Below, one piece after another: positions 18,343 through 26,985 of a stretch of 64,000 nucleotides of DNA. Position 1 is the first letter of the stretch; each line of letters opens with the position of its first letter. Source of the stretch: Chloroflexota bacterium (lineage in GTDB: Bacteria > Chloroflexota > UBA11872 > VXOZ01). A program made the translations under genes and the position numbers. The stretch spans positions 20,070 to 84,069 of the forward strand of contig JAPOQA010000021.1 of assembly GCA_026710945.1 (NCBI GenBank), given 5' to 3'. The notes beneath the pieces are model-generated. The model did no database searches, was not told the DNA's origin, and worked only from the letters and a program-made list of their open reading frames with translations.

Positions 18343-18476
18343 GCTTGTCTCAGAAGTTCACTGCTCAAAGTAGACTTGCCCTTCGACAGGCTCAGGGCGA
18401 ACGGCAAAAGCAAATCCCGTTCGTGCTGAGCCTGTCGAAGCACAGCTTTGCTTATCGAGACGATCTATGAGACAGC
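18343..18476. repeat. MITE-like palindromic element, copy 1
   Basis: Terminal inverted repeats GCTTGTCTCAGAAG ... CTATGAGACAGC enclose a 24-nt-arm internal inverted repeat, CTTCGACAGGCTCAGGGCGAACGG / CCGTTCGTGCTGAGCCTGTCGAAG, with 2 mismatches. No ORF. Confidence 0.65.
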
Positions 18477-18645
18477 CTCCCCGGAGAGGGAATGCCCCTG
18501 CTTGAATTTGGGGCTATGCAAAGATTTCCTCCGGGAGAGGGGATTTTCCCGCCCCAGCAAGTGTTATTCAAAGGTCTCCCTAAGGAGAGGGAGTATTTTT
18601 GCCCGCCGGCCGTGGCTGTGTGAAGGTCTCCCCAAATAGGTCTTG
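18470..18645. repeat. About 3.5 tandem units of roughly 50 bp, each carrying a CTCC...GGAGAGGG hairpin
   Basis: Hairpin cores start at 18476, 18527, 18575 and 18627 (CCTCCCCGGAGAGGGA, TCCTCCGGGAGAGGGGA, TCTCCCTAAGGAGAGGGA, TCTCCCCAAATAGG). Related hairpins lie at about 18278 and 18328. Confidence 0.6.
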
Positions 18646-18681
18646 GACGAACCGTACGCACCATTGCGCTTTGGCGTTTCT

Positions 18682-19377
18682 CTATCCCCCGCGCGCGAGC
18701 ACCGCACCCCAGACCCAGGGCGCGCCGCCTTCCTGGACGAGCTCTTGCGCGCAGGTAACCAGGGTTGCCCCGGTTGTCGCTACGTCGTCAAGTAGCAATA
18801 TGCCGCCGTGTTGGAATGCGCTGCGGCGTGCCGAGAATGCCCCGGCCACGTTGCGGAGGCGTTGCTCGCGCGATAGTCCCACCTGCGGTGGTGTATCCAC
18901 AATGCGAACGATTCCGTCACTGAGGACGGGTAGGTGCAAACGCTCGCTGACCGCCAGCGCCAACAACGAAGCTTGATTGAAACCCCGCTCGGCCTCTCGT
19001 TTGGGATGAAGCGGTACCGGGACGATCGCCGCGCATGGGGGAATCTCTGCATCCATGACAAGCTGGCTCAGCAACTCGCCGAGGTCCTGCGCCAGACTTG
19101 TGCGGTCCTGGTACTTGTAGTGGTGGATTGCATGACGCAACGGGCCGGAGAACGCGCCTATTGTCGCAATTCCGCGCAGCTTAGGATGGGTCAATCTGCA
19201 CTGGCGGCAGATTGCATACTGCTTGGCGACGGCGGCGTTGCAAAGAGGACAGCGCAACGTCGGTAATTCAGCTATGCCCCCAATACATGACCGGCAGAGG
19301 TTTTCGCCAAGTGCACGGCAACTCACACACCGCTGCGGCAATAACAGGTCGAGGACGTTGTGCAACGCTCTCTGCAC
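18682..19377 (-). CDS. comF: ComF-family protein (phosphoribosyltransferase domain with an N-terminal Cys-rich zinc ribbon)
   Basis: CxxC pairs (CVSCRALGENLCRSC..., CPLCNAAV...CRQC) and the PRTase motif ILLLDDVATTGATL. The start lies 3 nt after the clpC stop. Confidence 0.85.
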   Translation of the reverse strand: MQRALHNVLDLLLPQRCVSCRALGENLCRSCIGGIAELPTLRCPLCNAAVAKQYAICRQCRLTHPKLRGIATIGAFSGPLRHAIHHYKYQDRTSLAQDLGELLSQLVMDAEIPPCAAIVPVPLHPKREAERGFNQASLLALAVSERLHLPVLSDGIVRIVDTPPQVGLSREQRLRNVAGAFSARRSAFQHGGILLLDDVATTGATLVTCAQELVQEGGAPWVWGAVLARGG

Positions 19378-19380
19378 CGG

Positions 19381-21834
19381 TCAGCCAATTGGAACTTCTG
19401 CTGGCTGGATTTCGACGTCGTCTCCGGCTGCGTTGAGGGTGACAATCCAGTGCGACCGGGACTCGTCACTTAGGCGCAGGTCAGTTAGGGGGTCTTCAAG
19501 CAAGGTGGTGATTAGGCGGCGCAGGGGCCGCGCGCCTTGCAGGGTGCCGCAGCGCTTCGCGAGGTGTTCGATTACGGCATCGTCTACGTCGAGCGTAATG
19601 CCCTCCGTGGCAAGATGCGCTGTACACTCCCGAATGAGCCGTTCGGCAATACTGTGAATGTTCTCCTCTGTGAGGGGATGAAAGGCACAGACGGTATCCA
19701 CGCGGTTCAAGAACTCGGGGCGGAGGTTGCGCTCAAGCGCCTTGAGCGCCGCCCTCTTGATGCGTGTGTAGTCAACCACCACATTGTCTGCGTTGAAGCC
19801 TATGCCAACCCGATTCGGATCTTCGTCGAAGAAGTTCGAAGTGAAGATCAGCACAGCGTTGCGGAAGCTCACAACGCGGCCCTGACCATCGGTAAGCTGA
19901 CCGTGATCGAGGATTTGCAGCAGGGCGTCAAGCACAGCAGGATGCGCTTTGTCGATGTCATCGAGCAGGATGACTGCATACGCCCGTCGCCGCACGGCTT
20001 CCGTGAGCTGTCCGGCTTCGTCGTAACCTACGTAACCGGGTGGCGAACCGATCAAACGTGAGACCGTGTGATACTCATCGTACTCGGACATGTCGATGCG
20101 GACCATTTGCTGCTCATCGCCCAACGTAAACTCCGCGATTGCTTTCGCAAGCTCCGTCTTGCCTACACCCGGACTGCCAATGAAAAGAAAGGATCCGATG
20201 GGACGCGTAGGATCCTTGACCCCGGCGAGCGCACGGCGCAACGCCTGAGCGACATCGCGGGCAGGTTCCTGCTGGCCGACTATGCGCCGGGAGACTTCCG
20301 ATTCCATCATGAGCAGTCTCCGGGCCTCATTGGAGTCGACCGTGCTGCTGGGAACTCCAGTCCATTGTGCAATGACTGCGGCGATCTCTCGCTCGCCGAT
20401 CTCAGCCCTGCGCTCCGCGAGTTCTCTGCGCCATCCTGTTTCGATGTCACGCAGTTGCTTATGCAAGTTCTCAATCTCAGTGTTTACGCGCGTAATCCAG
20501 TCGTAGTTGCCCTCTTCCCGGGCCTCCTTGGCTTCTGTTTGGAGTAAATCCAGCCGATGTTTGAGCTTACGCATCTCGGATGGCGCCGTGAGGCGCGAGA
20601 CTTTGATCTTCGCAGCCGCTTCATCAATGAGGTCGATGGACTTATCGGGGAAGAACCTGCCCGGCAGATAGCGCTGGGCCAGCCGCACCGAACTCACTAA
20701 CGCTTCATCCGTAATTGTGACGCCGTGAAACGTCTCATAGACTTTCCGAATCCCTGCCAGAATCTCGACAGTCTCCTCGAACGCCGGTTCTTCTACCGCG
20801 ATCGGCTGGAAGCGCCGCACCAATGTACCGTCACGCTCGATGTAGCGCCGGTATTCGTCCCAGGTCGTCGCACCGATCATGCGCAATTCGCCGCGCGAGA
20901 GCACCGGTTTTAGCATGTTTGCGGCATCCATTGCCCCGGCAGCGGCACCCGCGCCGAGCATCATATGCACTTCATCGACGAATAGGATGAGATTTTCGAT
21001 ACTCTTTACTTCCTCGATGAGTCGCTTGAGCCGCTCTTCGAACTCGCCCCGGAACTTCGTCCCTGCAATGAGACCGGCGAGATCAAGTTGCACGACCCTC
21101 ATGTCGTGCATCACAGTGGCAGCTTCCTTTGAAACGATGCGTTCCGCCAGTCCCTCAACTACGGCGGTCTTGCCGACGCCGGCAGGGCCCACGAGCACCG
21201 GATTGTTCTTACGGCGGCGCAAGAGGACCTCGCACATGCGTTCGACCTCATTCTGGCGTCCGACGACAGGGTCCAGGTCTTCTTGGCGGGCCAGTTGTGT
21301 CAGGTCCCGCCCGTATTGCTCGAGGATTGAAGTTCGTTCCTGGCGACGAGAACGTTCGCGGCCACGCTGCCGACCTACTTCCGGGCTCTTGCGCGACCAA
21401 CGATTGGCCATGCGCCGCATTACATCAATTTGCACACCCAGGCGGTTTATCAGCACGTGTGACGCCAGGCCTTCTTCTTCACTGAGAAGTCCCAGGAGCA
21501 AATGCTCGGTGCCAATGTACTCGGTGGATAGCGCTCGCGATTCTTCATCGGCAAGCTCCAGTACGCGCAAGCCGGAAGAGGATAGACGCGGACTGGCAAA
21601 GGCTTCGCGTGATTGGCCGAAGTCAATGGCGGCGACGATTTCCCGCACGATCACGTGCAGATCCAGCCCTAACTCACGTAGCAGGCGCGCTGCGAGACAT
21701 TCGGGCAATGCCACGAGCGCGAGGAGTATGTGCTCAGGCCTGATTTGTTGGTGCTGGAAGAAGAGCGCCTCGTTGCGCGCAAGCTGCAAGGCTTGCTTGC
21801 CCATGTCCGTAAGGCGATTGACGATATCCGCCAC
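19381..21834 (-). CDS. clpC: ClpC-like class-I Clp/Hsp100 ATPase (Clp_N, D1, short middle domain, D2)
   Basis: D1 has Walker A GPAGVGKT and Walker B LFVDEVH. D2 has Walker A GSPGVGKT and Walker B variant LLDDIDKAH. An IGF tripeptide (RVGIGFN) sits at the ClpP-docking loop. GTG start. Confidence 0.9.
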   Translation of the reverse strand: MADIVNRLTDMGKQALQLARNEALFFQHQQIRPEHILLALVALPECLAARLLRELGLDLHVIVREIVAAIDFGQSREAFASPRLSSSGLRVLELADEESRALSTEYIGTEHLLLGLLSEEEGLASHVLINRLGVQIDVMRRMANRWSRKSPEVGRQRGRERSRRQERTSILEQYGRDLTQLARQEDLDPVVGRQNEVERMCEVLLRRRKNNPVLVGPAGVGKTAVVEGLAERIVSKEAATVMHDMRVVQLDLAGLIAGTKFRGEFEERLKRLIEEVKSIENLILFVDEVHMMLGAGAAAGAMDAANMLKPVLSRGELRMIGATTWDEYRRYIERDGTLVRRFQPIAVEEPAFEETVEILAGIRKVYETFHGVTITDEALVSSVRLAQRYLPGRFFPDKSIDLIDEAAAKIKVSRLTAPSEMRKLKHRLDLLQTEAKEAREEGNYDWITRVNTEIENLHKQLRDIETGWRRELAERRAEIGEREIAAVIAQWTGVPSSTVDSNEARRLLMMESEVSRRIVGQQEPARDVAQALRRALAGVKDPTRPIGSFLFIGSPGVGKTELAKAIAEFTLGDEQQMVRIDMSEYDEYHTVSRLIGSPPGYVGYDEAGQLTEAVRRRAYAVILLDDIDKAHPAVLDALLQILDHGQLTDGQGRVVSFRNAVLIFTSNFFDEDPNRVGIGFNADNVVVDYTRIKRAALKALERNLRPEFLNRVDTVCAFHPLTEENIHSIAERLIRECTAHLATEGITLDVDDAVIEHLAKRCGTLQGARPLRRLITTLLEDPLTDLRLSDESRSHWIVTLNAAGDDVEIQPAEVPIG

Positions 21835-21968
21835 TTGGCTGCTCTTCCGGGAGTGAAAGAATTGGGTCTTGTTCTAGTCGCATTATATCATGGTAGTTGC
21901 GCTGCCAGGCTGAAGGGGCACCATGCCGGTACTGCCGCTCAAGTGCAATGCTGCGGGACCTCTTCAGG

Positions 21969-22394
21969 TCACGTACCGGCCCACTCCCCGGCCGGATGCC
22001 GCACGTCGCCTATCCGGACGCCCTTGCGTTCGGTAAGTACCTGCGAAGCCGGATGCTCTTCTTGGAGAACCCCCAAGAGCGCGTGCGCGGCGCCGATGTA
22101 TGCGACGGCAAGCGACCGCGACTCCTCTGCAGCGAGTTCGATCACGCGCAAGCTCGTAGCGGAGAGTGACGGATTCCGGATGTTCTTGCGAGTTGGGCCA
22201 AAGTGAGTGACCGTAACGACTTCACGCGTGACGAGGTGCAAGTCTAGTCCGAGTCGGCGTAGCAATTGCGCGGCGTGACAATGAGGGAGACTAAGAATTG
22301 CGGATAGTATGTCCTCCGGCAGAATCTGGTCATGGAGAAAGAAGAGCGCTTCAGTATGTGACTTGGCAAGCGTCCGCTTGGCCATTTCAGACAT
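21969..22394 (-). CDS. Stand-alone Clp_N (double Clp repeat) domain protein, paralogous to the ClpC N-domain
   Basis: About 141 aa. It aligns with the first ~145 aa of the adjacent ClpC (ALFFLHDQILPEDILSAIL / ALFFQHQQIRPEHILLALV; AAQLLRRLGLDLHLV / AARLLRELGLDLHVI; SLRVIELAAEESRSL / GLRVLELADEESRAL). An alternative start lies at 22415. Confidence 0.7.
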   Translation of the reverse strand: MSEMAKRTLAKSHTEALFFLHDQILPEDILSAILSLPHCHAAQLLRRLGLDLHLVTREVVTVTHFGPTRKNIRNPSLSATSLRVIELAAEESRSLAVAYIGAAHALLGVLQEEHPASQVLTERKGVRIGDVRHPAGEWAGT

Positions 22395-22522
22395 TGGGTT
22401 CGCGCCCACAACCACACTACTTTCGCGACCCGGTAATCTCTACTTAGCAATTGGTAGTTTTAGGCTTGGGTTGGCAAGAGGTAAGACATGTGATCGTCTT
22501 TAGGACTGAACCAACTTCCAAC

Positions 22523-22614
22523 TGTCATTCTGAGGAGCGCAGCGACGAAGGATCTAGAATCGGGAGCTTTTTTAGATTCCGCGAACATTGTTCGACGCTG
22601 CGCTCGGAATGACA
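22523..22614. repeat. Inverted-repeat element (GTCATTC-GAG-GCGCAGCG family)
   Basis: Left arm TGTCATTCTGAGGAGCGCAGCGACGAA and right arm TTCGACGCTGCGCTCGGAATGACA flank about 40 bp containing a T6 run. Confidence 0.6.
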
Positions 22615-22715
22615 TGAACGCTGCCTGCAAAGACTTCAAGCCTATATCTACTAATTCCGCTCTACTTTTCCCATGACACGCTTCGCGAGACAATTCTGTG
22701 ACGAAAAGGCTAGAA

Positions 22716-22861
22716 CTTGTCTCAAAAATACATCGCTCTGTTAGACCTGCCCTTCGACAGGCTCAGGGCGAACGGAAAAGGCAAGTATCCGTTCGTGCCT
22801 CGACAAGGGCTTCGCGCAGCACTCAGCACGAATCGGCTATCGAACCTATTTATGAGATAGC
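22716..22861. repeat. MITE-like palindromic element, copy 2
   Basis: Same architecture and termini as copy 1 (CTTGTCTCAAAAATA ... TATTTATGAGATAGC), with internal GCCCTTCGACAGGCTCAGGGCGAACGG...CCGTTCGTG. It abuts the pepA stop codon. Confidence 0.65.
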
Positions 22862-22863
22862 TT

Positions 22864-24381
22864 CTAAGCAGATTCTAGCCCGCCTTCCCAGTCGCGTACG
22901 ACCTGGTAGAGGAGACGGGCGCCATAGCCGCTGCTGCCTTTTGGTATGTACGGTCGATCCAAGTCCGTGAAATCCACTCCGGCAATGTCCAGGTGAACCC
23001 AGGGCTTGTCATCGACGAACAGCTTGAGGAGCGCCGCGCCGGTGATGCTTCCCGCTGCCCGCCCGCCGGTGTTCTTAACATCGGCGATGGGGCTCTTAAC
23101 CTGTTCCTCGTACTCCGGCCACAGCGGTAGTTCCCAGACACGCTCGCCGGTCACGTCTCCCGCCGCCTTGACTCTTTCCGCCAGCCCGGCGTGGTTGGTC
23201 ATCAGTCCCGCGGCGTGCTGGCCCAAGGCAATGATGACGGCGCCGGTCAGCGTGGCCATATCTATGATGGCAGATGGATTGTACCGTTGCGCATAGCTCA
23301 GCGCATCGGCCAAGACCAGCCTCCCTTCGGCGTCGGTGTTGTCGATCTCGATGGTCTTGCCGTTGGCGGCCCGCAGGACATCGCCGGGCTTGAACGCATT
23401 GGCGCCGGGCATGTTTTCCGATGCAGGCACCAGGCCGATGACGCGCACGCTGGGCTTGAAGTGGCCTACCAGGCGCATTGCACCCATCACGCCGGCTCCC
23501 CCGGCCATATCAGATTCCATGTGCCGCATGGAATCGCCGGGTTTGAGGTTGAGGCCGCCCGTATCGAACGTGATGCCTTTGCCGACCAGCACAATGTTCT
23601 GATCGGTAGCCTCGTCCGGTATGTAATCGAGGATGATGAAGCGACATGGCTGGTCGCTACCTCGCGAAACACCCAATATGACGTTCATGTTCTCCGCAGC
23701 GATCTCTTCCGGCCCGAGAATGGTGCACTTCAGGCCGAACTCTTGCGCCATTGCACTGGCCGCTTCAGCAAGCGCCGCTGGCGGGAGGTCGCTCCCGGGC
23801 GTGGTGGAAAGGTCGCGGGTGAAGTTCTGGGCGTCGCCAATGGCGATGCCTTCATTGACGCCCGTAGAGACGGCGGCAAACTTCTCGGAATCGGCTTCGA
23901 CGAAGGTGACGGAATCCAGTGCTTTATCGTCCTTGTCGGACTTGTAGCGCTCATAGCGATAGAGGCCGAGCACAGTGCCTTCGGCCGCGGCGCGTGCCGC
24001 GTCAACAGGGGAGAGTCCACCGATTCCGGCCCCATGCACAATGCTTGCCACATGTTTCGCGCTAAGGTCGCGGGAGGTGCGCGCCGCCTTTGCTGCTACC
24101 TGGCGGGCGCGGTCCAGTGTGAAGTCATCTTGCTTGCCAAGGCCGATGATGAGGACACGCCGGGCCGAGATAGCTCCTTGCGTATACAAGTAGAGGGATT
24201 CGTTCAGTTTGCCTTCAAAGTCACCGGCAGCGATTAGATCGCTAATCTGACCGTCAAGAGCGCGGTCTACTGCACCTGTGGCCCCACCAGGTACGGTCAC
24301 ACCTTCAAAGAGGTTGACGACAATGAGGTCTGCATCCTGTTCCAGGATGTTTCCTTGGGCTGCCAAGACGTTCATAGGCAT
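22864..24381 (-). CDS. pepA: Leucyl aminopeptidase (M17)
   Basis: NTDAEGRLVLAD signature, VGKGITFDTGG, and full-length M17 architecture. Confidence 0.92.
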   Translation of the reverse strand: MPMNVLAAQGNILEQDADLIVVNLFEGVTVPGGATGAVDRALDGQISDLIAAGDFEGKLNESLYLYTQGAISARRVLIIGLGKQDDFTLDRARQVAAKAARTSRDLSAKHVASIVHGAGIGGLSPVDAARAAAEGTVLGLYRYERYKSDKDDKALDSVTFVEADSEKFAAVSTGVNEGIAIGDAQNFTRDLSTTPGSDLPPAALAEAASAMAQEFGLKCTILGPEEIAAENMNVILGVSRGSDQPCRFIILDYIPDEATDQNIVLVGKGITFDTGGLNLKPGDSMRHMESDMAGGAGVMGAMRLVGHFKPSVRVIGLVPASENMPGANAFKPGDVLRAANGKTIEIDNTDAEGRLVLADALSYAQRYNPSAIIDMATLTGAVIIALGQHAAGLMTNHAGLAERVKAAGDVTGERVWELPLWPEYEEQVKSPIADVKNTGGRAAGSITGAALLKLFVDDKPWVHLDIAGVDFTDLDRPYIPKGSSGYGARLLYQVVRDWEGGLESA

Positions 24382-24496
24382 CTCCTGTAAATTCTAAAGT
24401 TGTCGTAGGTTTTGGTCGTAGCGCTGAATAGAGTACACACCGCTCCCGGCTGGCCCCACTCTCGCAAGGAGCGGACATAGATTGTTGCCCTTGCCG

Positions 24497-25660
24497 CTAG
24501 GGGTTGAAGCGGAGCAATATGCGACTAACGTGCCCCTCTCGGCCAAATCGGTTCACTCCCTTTGCCATAATCTGATTCTTGCCGGGGCGCAGATGCCACG
24601 TAAACTCAGGCGTTGTCTCCCGCCACTCTTCATCATTAAGGCGTACAAGGAGCTTATCGAGGTTGGGCATGCTGTGGTCGAGCGACACGGACAGCACGGC
24701 TTTTCTCCGCTCCCAGGCTGCTTGATCTACCTTGAGGTTAATTTGCACTTGATCAACGGACCAATAGAGATCGACTTCGTTGCTGGTAAAGTGGCTGCTG
24801 TTGGCCCGGTTGTAGGCGATGAGTCGCGGCGCTGTCCAGGGGTCAATCCACTCCAGCGCGGCTTCGTACTCATTGGACGAATGTTGGGTGTTACGCATCG
24901 GCAACACGATGTGGTAGTAATAGTCTCCCACATTGTGCCAACCAAAGATCTGGAATTCGGCGTCCTGATTGTCTTGATTTACGAATGTTGTGCCCGCGCC
25001 GGATTCCACCTTGTCGGTAACGCGGAAAGGGGTCGGTCCCGTCACCATGCTCACTTCATCCCAGCGGCGCGTGACCCAGGCAGTGTGGATTTCCAGGACG
25101 CTGAGCGGGATACTGTCGCGTTCGTAGTGCACGTTCAGGTCGGGATCGAGCAGTATCCACTTGTGGTAATCGTGTGACCAGAATTCGACGATTGAATGAC
25201 CGATGTTGCCCTCGTCGGCGGACATCCAATCGCTTTCCGTCTTGCAGATGCTCAAGTTTCGCGCGACGAATCCAAGAGACAAGAGGCACTGCATCAAGGT
25301 CACCGCAAAGTACCCGCAGTTGAAGTCCTTGCCTTGCTCCACCGCAGCCAATATCTCAAGCGCGTTGCGGGGCTCGGGCACGCGAGTCCAGCCGTGCTTC
25401 CAGCGGGTGTGCACCCACTCGCGCAACAGGAGCACTTGCTCGAATTCGGTCTGCCCGGAAGCGATTACTTCATCTAGTTGGTAGCGCCGTCGCAGTTCCG
25501 ATAGCATTGCGTCGGGGCCTTGATAGCTAAACGGAAACGCGCTCTTGACCAGGCGTTCATTCTGGTACTCTATGACGCGTAATTCGGGAGCTATTGCCTC
25601 TTCCCCGGCCGACTCTGCTTCCAGTTCCGCAAGCGTTACGCGGTCAATGGTGGTTGCCAT
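24497..25660 (-). CDS. Transglutaminase-like (papain-fold Cys-His-Asp) domain protein
   Basis: The core FNCGYFAVTLMQCLLSLGFVAR ... GHSIVEFW ... KWILLDPD fits the transglutaminase-like catalytic triad spacing. The start is set at the ATG preceded by GGAGG. The track ORF begins 5 codons earlier at GTG. Confidence 0.7.
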   Translation of the reverse strand: MATTIDRVTLAELEAESAGEEAIAPELRVIEYQNERLVKSAFPFSYQGPDAMLSELRRRYQLDEVIASGQTEFEQVLLLREWVHTRWKHGWTRVPEPRNALEILAAVEQGKDFNCGYFAVTLMQCLLSLGFVARNLSICKTESDWMSADEGNIGHSIVEFWSHDYHKWILLDPDLNVHYERDSIPLSVLEIHTAWVTRRWDEVSMVTGPTPFRVTDKVESGAGTTFVNQDNQDAEFQIFGWHNVGDYYYHIVLPMRNTQHSSNEYEAALEWIDPWTAPRLIAYNRANSSHFTSNEVDLYWSVDQVQINLKVDQAAWERRKAVLSVSLDHSMPNLDKLLVRLNDEEWRETTPEFTWHLRPGKNQIMAKGVNRFGREGHVSRILLRFNP

Positions 25661-25687
25661 GGGTTTTGCCTCCACATTCGAATTAAC

Positions 25688-26602
25688 TTAAGCCGGCAAC
25701 ATCGCTTCAGAAAGCGGCAGGGCCTCTTCAAGCGCCTCATGAATCATGGGGAATGAGGCCGGTACGAGTTCCAGACCCTCGCGATCGGTTGCTTCCTGGA
25801 CGTACTCCAAGACGTAGTCCAGGTTGGGAATGTTGACTCTCTCGGAGTTGTGCGTGGCGCCGACAATCGCCCGCACCGGCGTCTGAATGAGACCGGAGAG
25901 CTCTAAGTTCCAGTCGATGATGGTGCGGTAGAGTTCGCGGCTTTCCTCGCTGACCGGCTCTTCCGAGCGCAGGTCGCGGGGGCGTGCCCAGCGGCCGCCG
26001 CTCATTTCACCACTGCAGGAAATCACGCAGATTGGCAGAGTTCCGCCCAGCACGTGGTGCTGCGCGCTGCCCCAATGGGGGTACGGGTAGTCGCCTTCCG
26101 TGCAGCGGTCCGGTCGGTCCGGGAAATAGCGGCCCGGCGCGGGCGCAATATATTGCCTATAGCCTGCTTCATACAGCAGGCGCAGCGTGACCGGGCTCTT
26201 CGAGCCGCAGCACGCACAATACGTATCCGTGCGGAAGCCTAGTGCTGTCTCGAAGTCTTCCGTGGCTTCGGCGATGATCTGGCGTTGCGTTGCCTCGTCA
26301 TACTCTCCGAGGTCGTTTTCGTACTTGGGATAACGAAAGCCGGGGACATTGGGTTGGATTCCTATGTTCACGCCTTCGCTGTGCCACTCCCGCATCATGT
26401 CGGCATGGGCCTTGGCTGCTTCGGGCGTGAGGTTGAAGGTGACCGCGGGCAACAGACCATGCGATTCGAAGGACTGGCGAATGGCGCGCACGGTGCGCTC
26501 GCTCACTTCCCACGAGGCGGGGCCGCCGCAGCGGGGCGACTTGGCCGCCAAGGGCTCGCAGTCGACGAAATAGGAGAAGAATACCTTGTTCGACACAGCC
26601 AT
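25688..26602 (-). CDS. Hypothetical protein, possibly a divergent polysaccharide-deacetylase-like fold
   Basis: The start is set at MAVSNK with AAGGAG upstream. The pattern FVDCE ... AVTFNL ... EGVNIGIQP ... GFRTDTY ... LLYEAGY only loosely follows CE4 motifs. The functional call is tentative and the CDS call is stronger. Confidence 0.55.
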   Translation of the reverse strand: MAVSNKVFFSYFVDCEPLAAKSPRCGGPASWEVSERTVRAIRQSFESHGLLPAVTFNLTPEAAKAHADMMREWHSEGVNIGIQPNVPGFRYPKYENDLGEYDEATQRQIIAEATEDFETALGFRTDTYCACCGSKSPVTLRLLYEAGYRQYIAPAPGRYFPDRPDRCTEGDYPYPHWGSAQHHVLGGTLPICVISCSGEMSGGRWARPRDLRSEEPVSEESRELYRTIIDWNLELSGLIQTPVRAIVGATHNSERVNIPNLDYVLEYVQEATDREGLELVPASFPMIHEALEEALPLSEAMLPA

Positions 26603-26985
26603 GGAGTGCTCCTTACCCGGATTGTGAACAGATTGGAAATGCTCTGTCTCTAGATGCACCTGTTTTGTTTCTCGGCGTAGTTTACCAATGCGATTATATA
26701 CCCACAAGCAATCGTTGGAAATGGACGGGACAAGCGGGAGAGATCTTGGCATTGCAGCAGGGCAGGCGGCAGCTATTTCGGCCTGCCTAGCCGTAGGGTT
26801 GGAAATAGAGGCAATGGCGAGCAGCTTAGAGAGTATCCTGCTTGCACTGTGTTGAGCGTGAGCCGTGAGAGGACGTGCGGCCGAGCCTTGTCAGAGATCA
26901 CTGCAGGTTTGAGAGCGGTAAGTTGGACAAGAGTTGCTTCTTCAACAACCAAGCCGGCGTCAGGAGACGAGTGTTCTGCAAACAA

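Noticed and set aside
18470-18645. Possible CRISPR array, because of regularly spaced short repeats with a period of about 50 bp.
   Set aside because: There are only about 4 units. The repeat cores are short (about 16-18 nt) and degenerate. The period is shorter than CRISPR repeat plus spacer. The units belong to a hairpin family dispersed elsewhere, and no cas genes are present.
20879-21856. 325-aa plus-strand ORF antisense to clpC. Similar long antisense ORFs occur at 23191-24237 (opposite pepA), 27314-28474 (opposite the SBP gene), 24482-25177, 35659-36597, 36598-37386, 37690-38352 and 43658-44326.
   Set aside because: These are typical shadow ORFs of GC-rich DNA. They have Arg/Ala/Ser/Pro-rich low-information sequences with no family motifs, while the opposite strand encodes full-length, motif-bearing proteins.
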